This document shows positions 7,530-15,178 of a DNA stretch of 32,000 nt, in pieces (positions within the stretch are counted from its first letter, which is position 1; each line of letters begins with the position of its first letter). The stretch is taken from positions 870,001-902,000 of the forward strand of contig OW818668.1 of the NCBI GenBank assembly GCA_942493105.1, given 5' to 3'. The notes under the pieces were generated by a model. The model saw only the letters and a list, made by a program, of their open reading frames with translations. It searched no databases and had not been told where the DNA came from. A program made the translations under genes and the position numbers. The DNA comes from an uncultured Erysipelotrichaceae bacterium (GTDB lineage: Bacteria > Bacillota_I > Bacilli_A > Erysipelotrichales > Erysipelotrichaceae).

Positions 7530-8643
7530 AAGTGATCGTATTCTAACTGAAAAAGGATTGATTAGTGGCTGGATCGAAGAAAAAGGTGGCATCATAACCC
7601 ATATTGGTCAAGGAACGTGTCCACATCCTATCGATGTCGATGCAACAGGAAAAATCGTTTGTCCTGGACTGATCGATATTCATCTGCATGGTTACAATGG
7701 TTGGTTATCTTCATCAGGTGATATCAAACATGAGGATGTGATCGGTTTCCTGCATGAGATGGCAAAACATGGTGTCACAGCCTGTATGCCCAGTGTAGAA
7801 CCTAAATTTTATCCTATATTGGCCAAAGCTTATAAAGAACAAACTGGTTCTCGTTTACTTGGTATATATCTTGAAGCCTACTTTACAAACAAAGAATACA
7901 GTGGTTTTCGTGGTGAAAGAGGCATCTTTCCTTTACCTTCAGTAGAGTATGCCAAAGAACTCTTAGAATCATCTGAAGGCTTATTAAAATATGTCATGAT
8001 TGCTCCTGAATTGCCTCATGCGGCTGAAACCATACGCTACTTAAAAGAGCGCGGAGTTAAGATCGCAGCTGGTCATACATTAATGAAAAAAGATGAATTC
8101 TTAAAGTTCACCAAGGAAGGTTTGATTGATTCCTTATGTCATACCGCAAACAACATGGGTCAGATGCATCAAAGGGATGTTGGTGTCATGGGTGTAGGAT
8201 TACTAGATCCAAACATTACCTGTGAATTGATTTGTGATTTCCTTCATGTTTCTTCAGAAATGATTGAAATCATCTTGCGTGTCAAAGAACACGATAAGAT
8301 CGTCTTGATTTCAGATTCAACCTTCTTGTCTGGTAAACAACCAGGTGAATACCCAATCGGTGATAAAGTATTGATCGTAACTGAAAAGTATCAAATCGTC
8401 GATAAAGCAGGAAATATCCATGGCAGTTGCTTTCCATTGATCCACAATGTAGGTCTATTGGTTAAAAAGAAAATGTTGACGCTTGAAGAAGCCATCACGA
8501 TGGCGACCTTGAATCCAGCCAGGTTCATGGGAGTCGATCATGAATTAGGTTCACTTAAAGAAGGCAAAGCATTTGATGTGATCATCATCGATGATGACTT
8601 TAACTTGATTTCTACCTATGTTAAGGGACAGAAATACGCATAA
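7519..8643 (+). CDS. nagA: N-acetylglucosamine-6-phosphate deacetylase family amidohydrolase (NagA-like)
   Basis: PGLIDIHLHGYNG is a metal-binding HxH block. The ~375-aa length and the C-terminal GSL.EGK.AD....D motif fit NagA. I prefer the ATG at 7519 (RBS AAGGGAGA, 6-nt spacing) over the ORF-track start at 7489. This start overlaps the nanE end by 11 nt. Confidence 0.75.
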   Translation: MNIKSDRILTEKGLISGWIEEKGGIITHIGQGTCPHPIDVDATGKIVCPGLIDIHLHGYNGWLSSSGDIKHEDVIGFLHEMAKHGVTACMPSVEPKFYPILAKAYKEQTGSRLLGIYLEAYFTNKEYSGFRGERGIFPLPSVEYAKELLESSEGLLKYVMIAPELPHAAETIRYLKERGVKIAAGHTLMKKDEFLKFTKEGLIDSLCHTANNMGQMHQRDVGVMGVGLLDPNITCELICDFLHVSSEMIEIILRVKEHDKIVLISDSTFLSGKQPGEYPIGDKVLIVTEKYQIVDKAGNIHGSCFPLIHNVGLLVKKKMLTLEEAITMATLNPARFMGVDHELGSLKEGKAFDVIIIDDDFNLISTYVKGQKYA

Positions 8644-8671
8644 ACAAGGTAATAAATAAAGGAGAACCCTT

Positions 8672-9424
8672 ATGAAACACGTTTTTTCAAACCAAGCATC
8701 CATCAATGCAGCATTTGATGATGAAAAAGAAATCCTGATCGTCGATGATGATTTAGTGATTGAAGAATCACCCGTTAGACGACTAAAGGACATGCGCAAT
8801 CTGTTTGTAGACCCTACAGGATTTGATGATGAAACTGCGCTTTACTACATGTACAACGGCATCTATAAGCCTCAACACAAGGCTTTCTTCAAGGATCAAA
8901 AGATCAGATATGAATTTACCATTCTTCTGGATAAACCCATCAATGGTGAATGTATCAAGGCTCATGGCCATATCCATGGGATCAATCCAATTCGTAAGGC
9001 AAGACATGTGGAAGCTTATGAGATCCTATATGGTAAAGGTTACTTTGAACTCTTTACCTATGTCGGTAAAGAACTTCATGTAGTCATGATCGAAGTTAAA
9101 CAAGGGGATTACTTGATGATTCCTCCAGATTATTATCATTTATCCATCAATACCGGAGATGTTCCTTTTATATTCGGAGATTTGATCATTGAAGGTGCCG
9201 GTGCAGATTATGGTTACCTCAAAGAAAAAATGGGAGCTCCTTTGTTTGCGATGAAAGATGACAAAGGCCACATCGATTTCAAATTCAATCAGCATTATTC
9301 CGACAGTGAATTGTTTGTCAGTTTCGTAACTGCAGATACTGTGCCTTGGGATGTGCCTTTGGCGAAAGTACCTTTATACGCTCACTTTATATCGAATCCT
9401 GAAAGGTTTGAAATCTTAAAATGA
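8672..9424 (+). CDS. Cupin-type glucose-6-phosphate isomerase family protein
   Basis: A cupin metal motif is present (KAHGHIHG ... EAYEILYGKG ... YLMIPPDYYHLSINTGDVPFIF). It resembles archaeal/bacterial cupin PGIs (T.GH.H ... E ... P..W.H...N.G). RBS AAAGGAG is present. Confidence 0.6.
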   Translation: MKHVFSNQASINAAFDDEKEILIVDDDLVIEESPVRRLKDMRNLFVDPTGFDDETALYYMYNGIYKPQHKAFFKDQKIRYEFTILLDKPINGECIKAHGHIHGINPIRKARHVEAYEILYGKGYFELFTYVGKELHVVMIEVKQGDYLMIPPDYYHLSINTGDVPFIFGDLIIEGAGADYGYLKEKMGAPLFAMKDDKGHIDFKFNQHYSDSELFVSFVTADTVPWDVPLAKVPLYAHFISNPERFEILK

Positions 9425-10350
9425 GTCGTTTTGTATTTCATATTGAACCATTGTTTCTTTCAAAAATATGGGGAGGAACTCAGCTTCAAACATGGTTTTC
9501 ACTAGAAGGTGAAGATCTTAAGATCGGAGAAGTGTGGAGTGCTTCTGCCATGCCTGAAGGGGATTGTTTAGTTGCTGGTCATGGCCAAAAACTATCCGTT
9601 TTCTTAAAAGAAAATTCTAAGCTTTTCCCAATGAATACTGAGACCTTGCCTTTCCATATTACTTTGATTGATGCTAAAGATGATTTATCGATCCAAGTTC
9701 ATCCTACAGATCAATACGCAAAAGAAAAAGGTTTGCCATCAGGTTTAAGTGAAGCTTGGTTGGTTATAAAGGCTGAGCCCGGATCGAAAATAGAGTTGGG
9801 TCATAAAGCCTCAAGTAATTCTCAATTGGAATCTTGGATTGATTCAAATCAATGGGATAAGATCCTAGACTATCATGAAGTCAAACCCAATGATCTCTTC
9901 TTCATACCCTCAGGAACAATTCATGCGATTGGGCGAGGTTTGTTGATTTATGAGATCTCTCAAAGTGTGGATGTGACCTATCGCTTATATGATTATGATC
10001 GTATTGATGTAAAAAGTGGAAAACCACGTGAACTTCATCTTAAGGATGCCTTGAGTGTGGTTGAAGCTCCAGATCGATATACCTATGATGAACTAAAAAT
10101 TCCGATTGGTGAGCATTCTCACCATCGAATCTTGCTTCAAAAGAAGGGTTTGTTTCAATTGTCGTTGATCGCATCTGAATCATCTTACTTAAAACTTGAT
10201 ACCTGGGGTTTTTTGACGGTGATAGATGGGGAAGGAACACTAGATAACGTGAACATTAAAACAGGGGATACAGTATTGATTGGAAAGTGTGATGAAGCAT
10301 TATCTATGACAGGATCTTTTAGAGGGATCTTTGCGAGTATCTATGAGTAA
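9421..10350 (+). CDS. manA: Mannose-6-phosphate isomerase, class I (Firmicute ManA type, ~310 aa)
   Basis: Motifs KIWGG, LSIQVHP, SEAW and IPSGTIHAIG are present, and the length is typical. The start overlaps the previous stop (ATGA). Confidence 0.8.
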   Translation: MSRFVFHIEPLFLSKIWGGTQLQTWFSLEGEDLKIGEVWSASAMPEGDCLVAGHGQKLSVFLKENSKLFPMNTETLPFHITLIDAKDDLSIQVHPTDQYAKEKGLPSGLSEAWLVIKAEPGSKIELGHKASSNSQLESWIDSNQWDKILDYHEVKPNDLFFIPSGTIHAIGRGLLIYEISQSVDVTYRLYDYDRIDVKSGKPRELHLKDALSVVEAPDRYTYDELKIPIGEHSHHRILLQKKGLFQLSLIASESSYLKLDTWGFLTVIDGEGTLDNVNIKTGDTVLIGKCDEALSMTGSFRGIFASIYE

Positions 10351-11173
10351 GATCAAAGCAGCATTTTTTGATATCGATGGAACTTTGATTGAACATACTG
10401 TAGGACTAGATGAGCCCAGACCTTCTACGATTCAAGCATTAAATGCCATGAGAGAAGCAGGCATCAAGGTAGTCGTTGCTTCTGGACGTACCCCGCAATC
10501 TGTAGGGCACGTTACTGACTTCGCTTTTGATGGCTTTATATCGGCTAATGGAGCACTTGATTTTGCGGATGGGAAACTGATCTATAAAGGTGGGTTGACT
10601 CAAGATGAAGCGGCTCAACTTAGGGATTATCTCTTAGAAAATAAAATAGGCTTTATCCTACAAGGGGATGCATTGTTTCTGTATGGCAAGCTTGAAGATT
10701 ATGGCGTTGATCGTTACCTGCAAGGGGTACGTAAACGTAGCTATGAGAAAAGAATCGAACCTGTCAGTTTAGAGAAGATCGATGATTTGATATTCAAGGC
10801 CACGGTGTTTTTTGATTCGATTGAAAAGAAAGAAAAAACACAGCGTGATTTAAAAGGCATTTTCCACGTCATGATCAATGATGTGAATACAGGTAATGCT
10901 GTTGTCGATAAATTTAGCGGAGAGATTTCAAGTCTTCGTGATACGAAAGGTTCCGGGATACAACACCTACTGGATTATTGGAAAATCGATCCCAAAGATG
11001 CGATTGCATTTGGAGATAACTCTAACGATTTAGAGATGTTTGATGTGGTTGCTGGCTATGCGATGGGCAATGCTGTTGATGAATTGAAGGCAAAAGCAGT
11101 TGAAGTTATTGGTGATGTCAACTCCGATGCGATCGCAGAAATACTCATAAAAAAAGGAATCATTTCTCGTTAA
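10343..11173 (+). CDS. Cof-type HAD-IIB sugar-phosphate phosphatase
   Basis: HAD motifs are present: FFDIDGTL (I), ASGR (II), GDNSNDLEM (IV). The start at 10343 (MSKIKAAFFDIDGTL) is preferred. The ORF-track alternative is 10331. Confidence 0.75.
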   Translation: MSKIKAAFFDIDGTLIEHTVGLDEPRPSTIQALNAMREAGIKVVVASGRTPQSVGHVTDFAFDGFISANGALDFADGKLIYKGGLTQDEAAQLRDYLLENKIGFILQGDALFLYGKLEDYGVDRYLQGVRKRSYEKRIEPVSLEKIDDLIFKATVFFDSIEKKEKTQRDLKGIFHVMINDVNTGNAVVDKFSGEISSLRDTKGSGIQHLLDYWKIDPKDAIAFGDNSNDLEMFDVVAGYAMGNAVDELKAKAVEVIGDVNSDAIAEILIKKGIISR

Positions 11174-11181
11174 AAATTCAC

Positions 11182-11211
11182 TTGACAAGTGCTCATGAAG
11201 ACAAGTAGAAT
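11182..11211 (+). promoter_or_regulatory. Sigma-70-type promoter of the PTS/sulfatase operon
   Basis: TTGACA (11182-11187), 18-nt spacer, TAGAAT (11206-11211). It lies in the 88-nt gap between the HAD stop and the IIB start. Confidence 0.6.
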
Positions 11212-11224
11212 AAGAGTAGATTAG

Positions 11225-11240
11225 ACATGTATATACAACA
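11225..11240. promoter_or_regulatory. Third copy (variant) of the 16-bp operator, just downstream of the PTS promoter -10
   Basis: The plus strand reads ACATGTATATACAACA and the reverse complement reads TGTTGTATATACATGT. The variant matches the 2684-2699 copy at 12 of 16 positions. Its core TGTATATACA is a perfect palindrome. Confidence 0.5.
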
Positions 11241-11261
11241 AAATAGGAAAGGTAAAAAAAC

Positions 11262-11765
11262 ATGCCCGTAGTTCTTTCAAGAATTGATGATCGTCTCGTT
11301 CACGGTCAGGTCATTGGAAGTTGGATTCGTAGTTATAATGTTAATGTCATTGTCATCGTAGATGATGCTTGTGCAGTGGATAAGACACAATTAGAAATCT
11401 TTAAGTTGACAACGCCTCCGGGGATTCAGTTGATTGCTCAAACGATTGCTGGTTTTGTTGACAAGTACCAAAAAGGTGTTTTTGAGAAATACAGAGTCAT
11501 GGTCATTACCAGAGACACAGCAGCAATTACAGCCATTGCTAAAGCTGGAATCAAATTCCCAATCGACTTTATCAATGTTGGGGGCATGCGCTTTAAAGAA
11601 GGCCGTATACAAGTTACAAATTCAGTTAGTGTTACTCCTTCTGAAATAGAGGATTTCATATTCTTAAATGACTTTGGCTATAAACTTGAGTACCGTCAAG
11701 TTTTATCGCATGAATCAGTCAATCTGGTTCCAATCATTAAATCACAACAAAAGAAAGGGGTTTAA
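11262..11765 (+). CDS. PTS mannose/fructose/sorbose-family EIIB component
   Basis: The N-terminal LSRIDDRLVHGQV block contains the phospho-His. The ~165-aa size fits. Confidence 0.85.
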   Translation: MPVVLSRIDDRLVHGQVIGSWIRSYNVNVIVIVDDACAVDKTQLEIFKLTTPPGIQLIAQTIAGFVDKYQKGVFEKYRVMVITRDTAAITAIAKAGIKFPIDFINVGGMRFKEGRIQVTNSVSVTPSEIEDFIFLNDFGYKLEYRQVLSHESVNLVPIIKSQQKKGV

Positions 11766-11774
11766 AGAGAGCTT

Positions 11775-12548
11775 ATGACAGAAGCGATTATTATTACAAT
11801 CATTTCCATCTTATTGACATGGGAATCAGCCGCTATCGGTCAGTTCGGCTTAGCTAATCCACTCGTATCCGGTACGATCATTGGTTTAGCATTAGGCGAT
11901 GTAACTACCGCTATCGAAGTTGCAGTTCCGTTGCAGTTGATTTTTATGGGGGCCGTTGGGATTGGTGCATCGACACCACCTGATTCATTGCTAGGTACGA
12001 TTTTGGGTACCGTCTTGGCAATTAAAGGTATTCCTGTTGAAACCGCTTTAGCTATTGCCGTACCAGTTGCATTCGTTGCCGTATCGTTGAATACCATCAT
12101 TAGAACGATCAACTCCTTAACGATGCACTACATGGACAGATTGATTGACAGAGAAAACTATAGAATGTTTAAAATTGTCCATCTGACGTTCAGCCAAGCA
12201 TTGTATGCTATCCGTAATATCTTGGTTGTCTTCCCAGCCGTATACTATGGCGCAGAAGCTGTTCAAGGTGTTCTAGCTGTTATTCCACCGTTTATTCTAA
12301 CTGGCTTTAATGCAGCTGGGAAAATTCTACCTGCTTTAGGGTTTGGGATGTTGATCCAAATGATCGGTGTTCCTCATCTGATGCCGTTCTTATTCATCGG
12401 TTTCGTTCTAGCTTCATATCTGCCTATTACCCTAATCGGTGTTTCCGTTTTGGGTATCTGTTTCGCATTGTTGTATGACTTCTTTGTCAATAAATTAAAA
12501 GGCAAAGGCAGTGGTGAGAGCGATTTAGACTCTCTCCTGAATGACTAG
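11775..12548 (+). CDS. PTS mannose-family EIIC component
   Basis: A polytopic membrane protein of ~257 aa, positioned between IIB and IID. Its Gly/Ala-rich TM segments are typical of IIC-Man. Confidence 0.8.
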   Translation: MTEAIIITIISILLTWESAAIGQFGLANPLVSGTIIGLALGDVTTAIEVAVPLQLIFMGAVGIGASTPPDSLLGTILGTVLAIKGIPVETALAIAVPVAFVAVSLNTIIRTINSLTMHYMDRLIDRENYRMFKIVHLTFSQALYAIRNILVVFPAVYYGAEAVQGVLAVIPPFILTGFNAAGKILPALGFGMLIQMIGVPHLMPFLFIGFVLASYLPITLIGVSVLGICFALLYDFFVNKLKGKGSGESDLDSLLND

Positions 12549-12560
12549 GAGGCCACGAAA

Positions 12561-13373
12561 ATGACAGAATCAAGAGCTATTACTAAGAAAGATTTGATGG
12601 GTGTATTCTACAGATCATTTACATTACAAGCATCATGGAATTACGAACGTATGCAGGCTGGCGGTTGGTTATTCATCGTATTGCCAGTATTGCAAAAACT
12701 CTATAAAGGCAATCCGGAAGGCTTGAAAAAAGCTGCAGCCCGTAACCTTGAATTCTTTAATACTCAACCATATTTAGCATCACCAATCTTGGGTGTTGCG
12801 TTAGCTTTGGAAGAACGCGTTGCTTTAAACGGTGATGTTGACGCAAGTGCTGTCTCCGCCATTAAGATGGGGATGATGGGACCGTTTGCCGGTTTAGGCG
12901 ATTCCATGTTCTGGTTTACCATTCGTCCTATTTGTTTAGGGATTGGGATCTCGCTCGCTGCTGGCGGCAATATCTTAGGTCCTATCGTATTCTTGCTGAT
13001 TTATAACGTATTCCATCTTGGTACACGCTATTTTGGTACAATGGAATCCTATAAGATGGGTCTTAACTTCATGTCTACTTTGGCTAAAGGCGGAGTCGTT
13101 CAACGTATTTCCGAATTGGCTGGTGTTCTTGGTTTGACCGTATTGGGCGTTATGATTGCTCAAAACGTTTCTGTTCCGTTCATCTTTAAGATCGGTACAG
13201 GAGATGCTGCTAAGAGCTTCTTAGACATCGCAAAATCCATTATGCCTAACATTTTAGGTCTTGGCGTTACCTTCTTGTTCTCATACTTCCTGAAGAAAGG
13301 TATTACACCAGTTCGTATTCTGTACGTCGTATTGGCAGTATGTCTGTTGTTTGCCTACTTCAAGATTTTCTAG
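12561..13373 (+). CDS. PTS mannose-family EIID component
   Basis: The N-terminal block (FYRSFTLQASWNYERMQAGGW, then FFNTQPY...P..G) is characteristic of IID-Man. RBS TAGGAGG is present. Confidence 0.85.
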   Translation: MTESRAITKKDLMGVFYRSFTLQASWNYERMQAGGWLFIVLPVLQKLYKGNPEGLKKAAARNLEFFNTQPYLASPILGVALALEERVALNGDVDASAVSAIKMGMMGPFAGLGDSMFWFTIRPICLGIGISLAAGGNILGPIVFLLIYNVFHLGTRYFGTMESYKMGLNFMSTLAKGGVVQRISELAGVLGLTVLGVMIAQNVSVPFIFKIGTGDAAKSFLDIAKSIMPNILGLGVTFLFSYFLKKGITPVRILYVVLAVCLLFAYFKIF

Positions 13374-13382
13374 GATCTCATT

Positions 13383-14669
13383 ATGTTACTGGGATCAAGC
13401 AAAAAAATCAACATCACCCCACCCATCGGATTACGGATGTCAGGCTTTGAAGAACGTAACCATGGTGCTGAAGGGATCTTGAATCAACTGTTTGCCAACG
13501 TATTGGTTCTAGGTGACGGTAAAACGAAAGTAGCCATCGTGACCTTGGATTTGAGTGGCGTCGACAAAGTACTCACCAAAGCAGTTAGAGATGCTGTCAG
13601 TCAAAAGACAGATATTCCCTATGATGCGATTATGTTGATTGCTTCACACACCCATTCGGGTCCTGAAGCTTGGCGCACCGGAGATATGGGAAACATTTCT
13701 CGTCCTGTCGATTTGACAGCGGATGAAATCGCCTACAGAAATGTATTGCCTGGATTGATCGCCAATGGCATCGTTTGGGCAAATAAAGAGTTAGAACCGG
13801 TTAAACTTGGAGTTAAGCAGAGTGAACTGCTTGGTCTTGGTAGCAATCGAATTGATGCGTCTCGGTATGTCGATAATACCGTTACCGTATTTAGAGTAGA
13901 TCGCTTGACCGGAGAACCTTTAGCTTTATTGACACAGTATACCTGTCATCCAACCATCCTTAACTTTACCAACTACCTCTATTCCGGAGATTACATCTCC
14001 TTCTATCAAGAGACAGTTGAGAAAGTCTTCCCAGGCTGTGTTGCGATGTTTGCTCAAGGCTGTGCCGGAAATGTCAGCACACGTCACAATCGTAAGAGTT
14101 TCGGTGTAACCGAAGCACGTCGTATGGGAGTGTTATTGGCAGGCGAAGTGATTAAAGATGCAAGCTTGGTCGATACGAAGGATGATCTAACATTATCTGC
14201 CGCAATCGAACCTCTTAGACTCAAAATTCGCGACTTCGAATCTGATGAAGAATGCGAACGTAGAATCAAAGTGGTCCAAGACAAGATCGATGAATTAAAA
14301 GCAAACAATGCACCTGAAAATATCCAACGTACAGCTTACGTTGAAATGCAAGGTGCTACCCGTTATTACCGACTCAAAAAGCGCGTCGACATCAAAAAAG
14401 TTGTCGTTGAAATGCAAAGAATCAGTATCGGGGAGTGGAACATCATATCAACCCCAGCAGAAACCTTTGGTGAAATCGGAAGAAACATACGTAATCTTGA
14501 CCGCAGTAAGAAAACAGTGGTCACAGGTTACACCAATGCTTCGGTCGGCTATATCCCAACCCGCGAAACTTATCGCAATCCTGTAGGGTACGAGGTCGGT
14601 GTTGCACTTGTCAGTGAAGATTCAGAAGACCGTTTGGTCAAAACTGCAAAAAAATTATTAACGAAGTAA
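13383..14669 (+). CDS. Neutral/alkaline-ceramidase-N-terminal-domain-like hydrolase (function unknown)
   Basis: The N-terminal ITPPIGLRMSGF and the ASHTHSGPE block resemble the Zn-binding core of neutral ceramidase superfamily proteins. There is no signal peptide. The gene lies between the PTS IID and IIA genes. Confidence 0.5.
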   Translation: MLLGSSKKINITPPIGLRMSGFEERNHGAEGILNQLFANVLVLGDGKTKVAIVTLDLSGVDKVLTKAVRDAVSQKTDIPYDAIMLIASHTHSGPEAWRTGDMGNISRPVDLTADEIAYRNVLPGLIANGIVWANKELEPVKLGVKQSELLGLGSNRIDASRYVDNTVTVFRVDRLTGEPLALLTQYTCHPTILNFTNYLYSGDYISFYQETVEKVFPGCVAMFAQGCAGNVSTRHNRKSFGVTEARRMGVLLAGEVIKDASLVDTKDDLTLSAAIEPLRLKIRDFESDEECERRIKVVQDKIDELKANNAPENIQRTAYVEMQGATRYYRLKKRVDIKKVVVEMQRISIGEWNIISTPAETFGEIGRNIRNLDRSKKTVVTGYTNASVGYIPTRETYRNPVGYEVGVALVSEDSEDRLVKTAKKLLTK

Positions 14670-14672
14670 TGG

Positions 14673-14705
14673 GAATGGGGAATTGAAAAATTCCCCATTC
14701 TTTCT
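14673..14705 (+). terminator. Intra-operon stem-loop (terminator- or attenuator-like) between the ceramidase-like gene and IIA
   Basis: GAATGGGGAATT-gaaa-AATTCCCCATTC is a perfect 12-bp stem. It is followed by TTTCT, and the IIA RBS AAGGAGG lies 8 nt further on. Confidence 0.5.
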
Positions 14706-14721
14706 ATAAAAGGAGGAACTT

Positions 14722-15174
14722 ATGAAAGGTATCATATTAGCAAGTCATGGTCCAATGGCCAAAGCAGTTTTAGAATCAGTTAAATTATTCGTCGGTGAAG
14801 TAGAAAATATTTTAGCACTCGCACTTGATGGTGACGAAAGTCCTGAATCTTTTAAATTAAGATTAAAGGATGCGATCGTTCAACTTGATCAGCACGATGG
14901 TATCTTATTGTTAACAGACATACCTGGTGGTACACCTAGTAATATTGGATTGATGATTGCCAGTGATACCCCAGATTTAGTTGTCGTTTCGGGACTCAAC
15001 ATGATTCTACTAATGGAAGCTATTTTGACCAGAGAGTTTACACCAAGTGTTGAACAATGGGTCGAAAGCAGCATACAAAGCGGACAAACCAGTATCCAAG
15101 ATTTGACATCAAGATTGAGAAATGAAAATACGTCAGGAACACCATCTGAACTTGATGAATTATTAGACGAATAA
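14722..15174 (+). CDS. PTS mannose-family EIIA component
   Basis: The N-terminal MKGIILASHGPMAKAVLES block contains the His phosphorylation site. The ~150-aa size fits. Confidence 0.8.
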   Translation: MKGIILASHGPMAKAVLESVKLFVGEVENILALALDGDESPESFKLRLKDAIVQLDQHDGILLLTDIPGGTPSNIGLMIASDTPDLVVVSGLNMILLMEAILTREFTPSVEQWVESSIQSGQTSIQDLTSRLRNENTSGTPSELDELLDE

Positions 15175-15178
15175 TATT

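Noticed and set aside
6072-8643. Reading the locus as a sialic-acid (nan) catabolic cluster because of NanE, NagA and NagB.
   Set aside because: No NanA lyase, NanK kinase, sialidase or sialate transporter is present in the window. The transporter is a Man-family PTS, so NanE more likely serves a ManNAc-type or other hexosamine-6-P intermediate.
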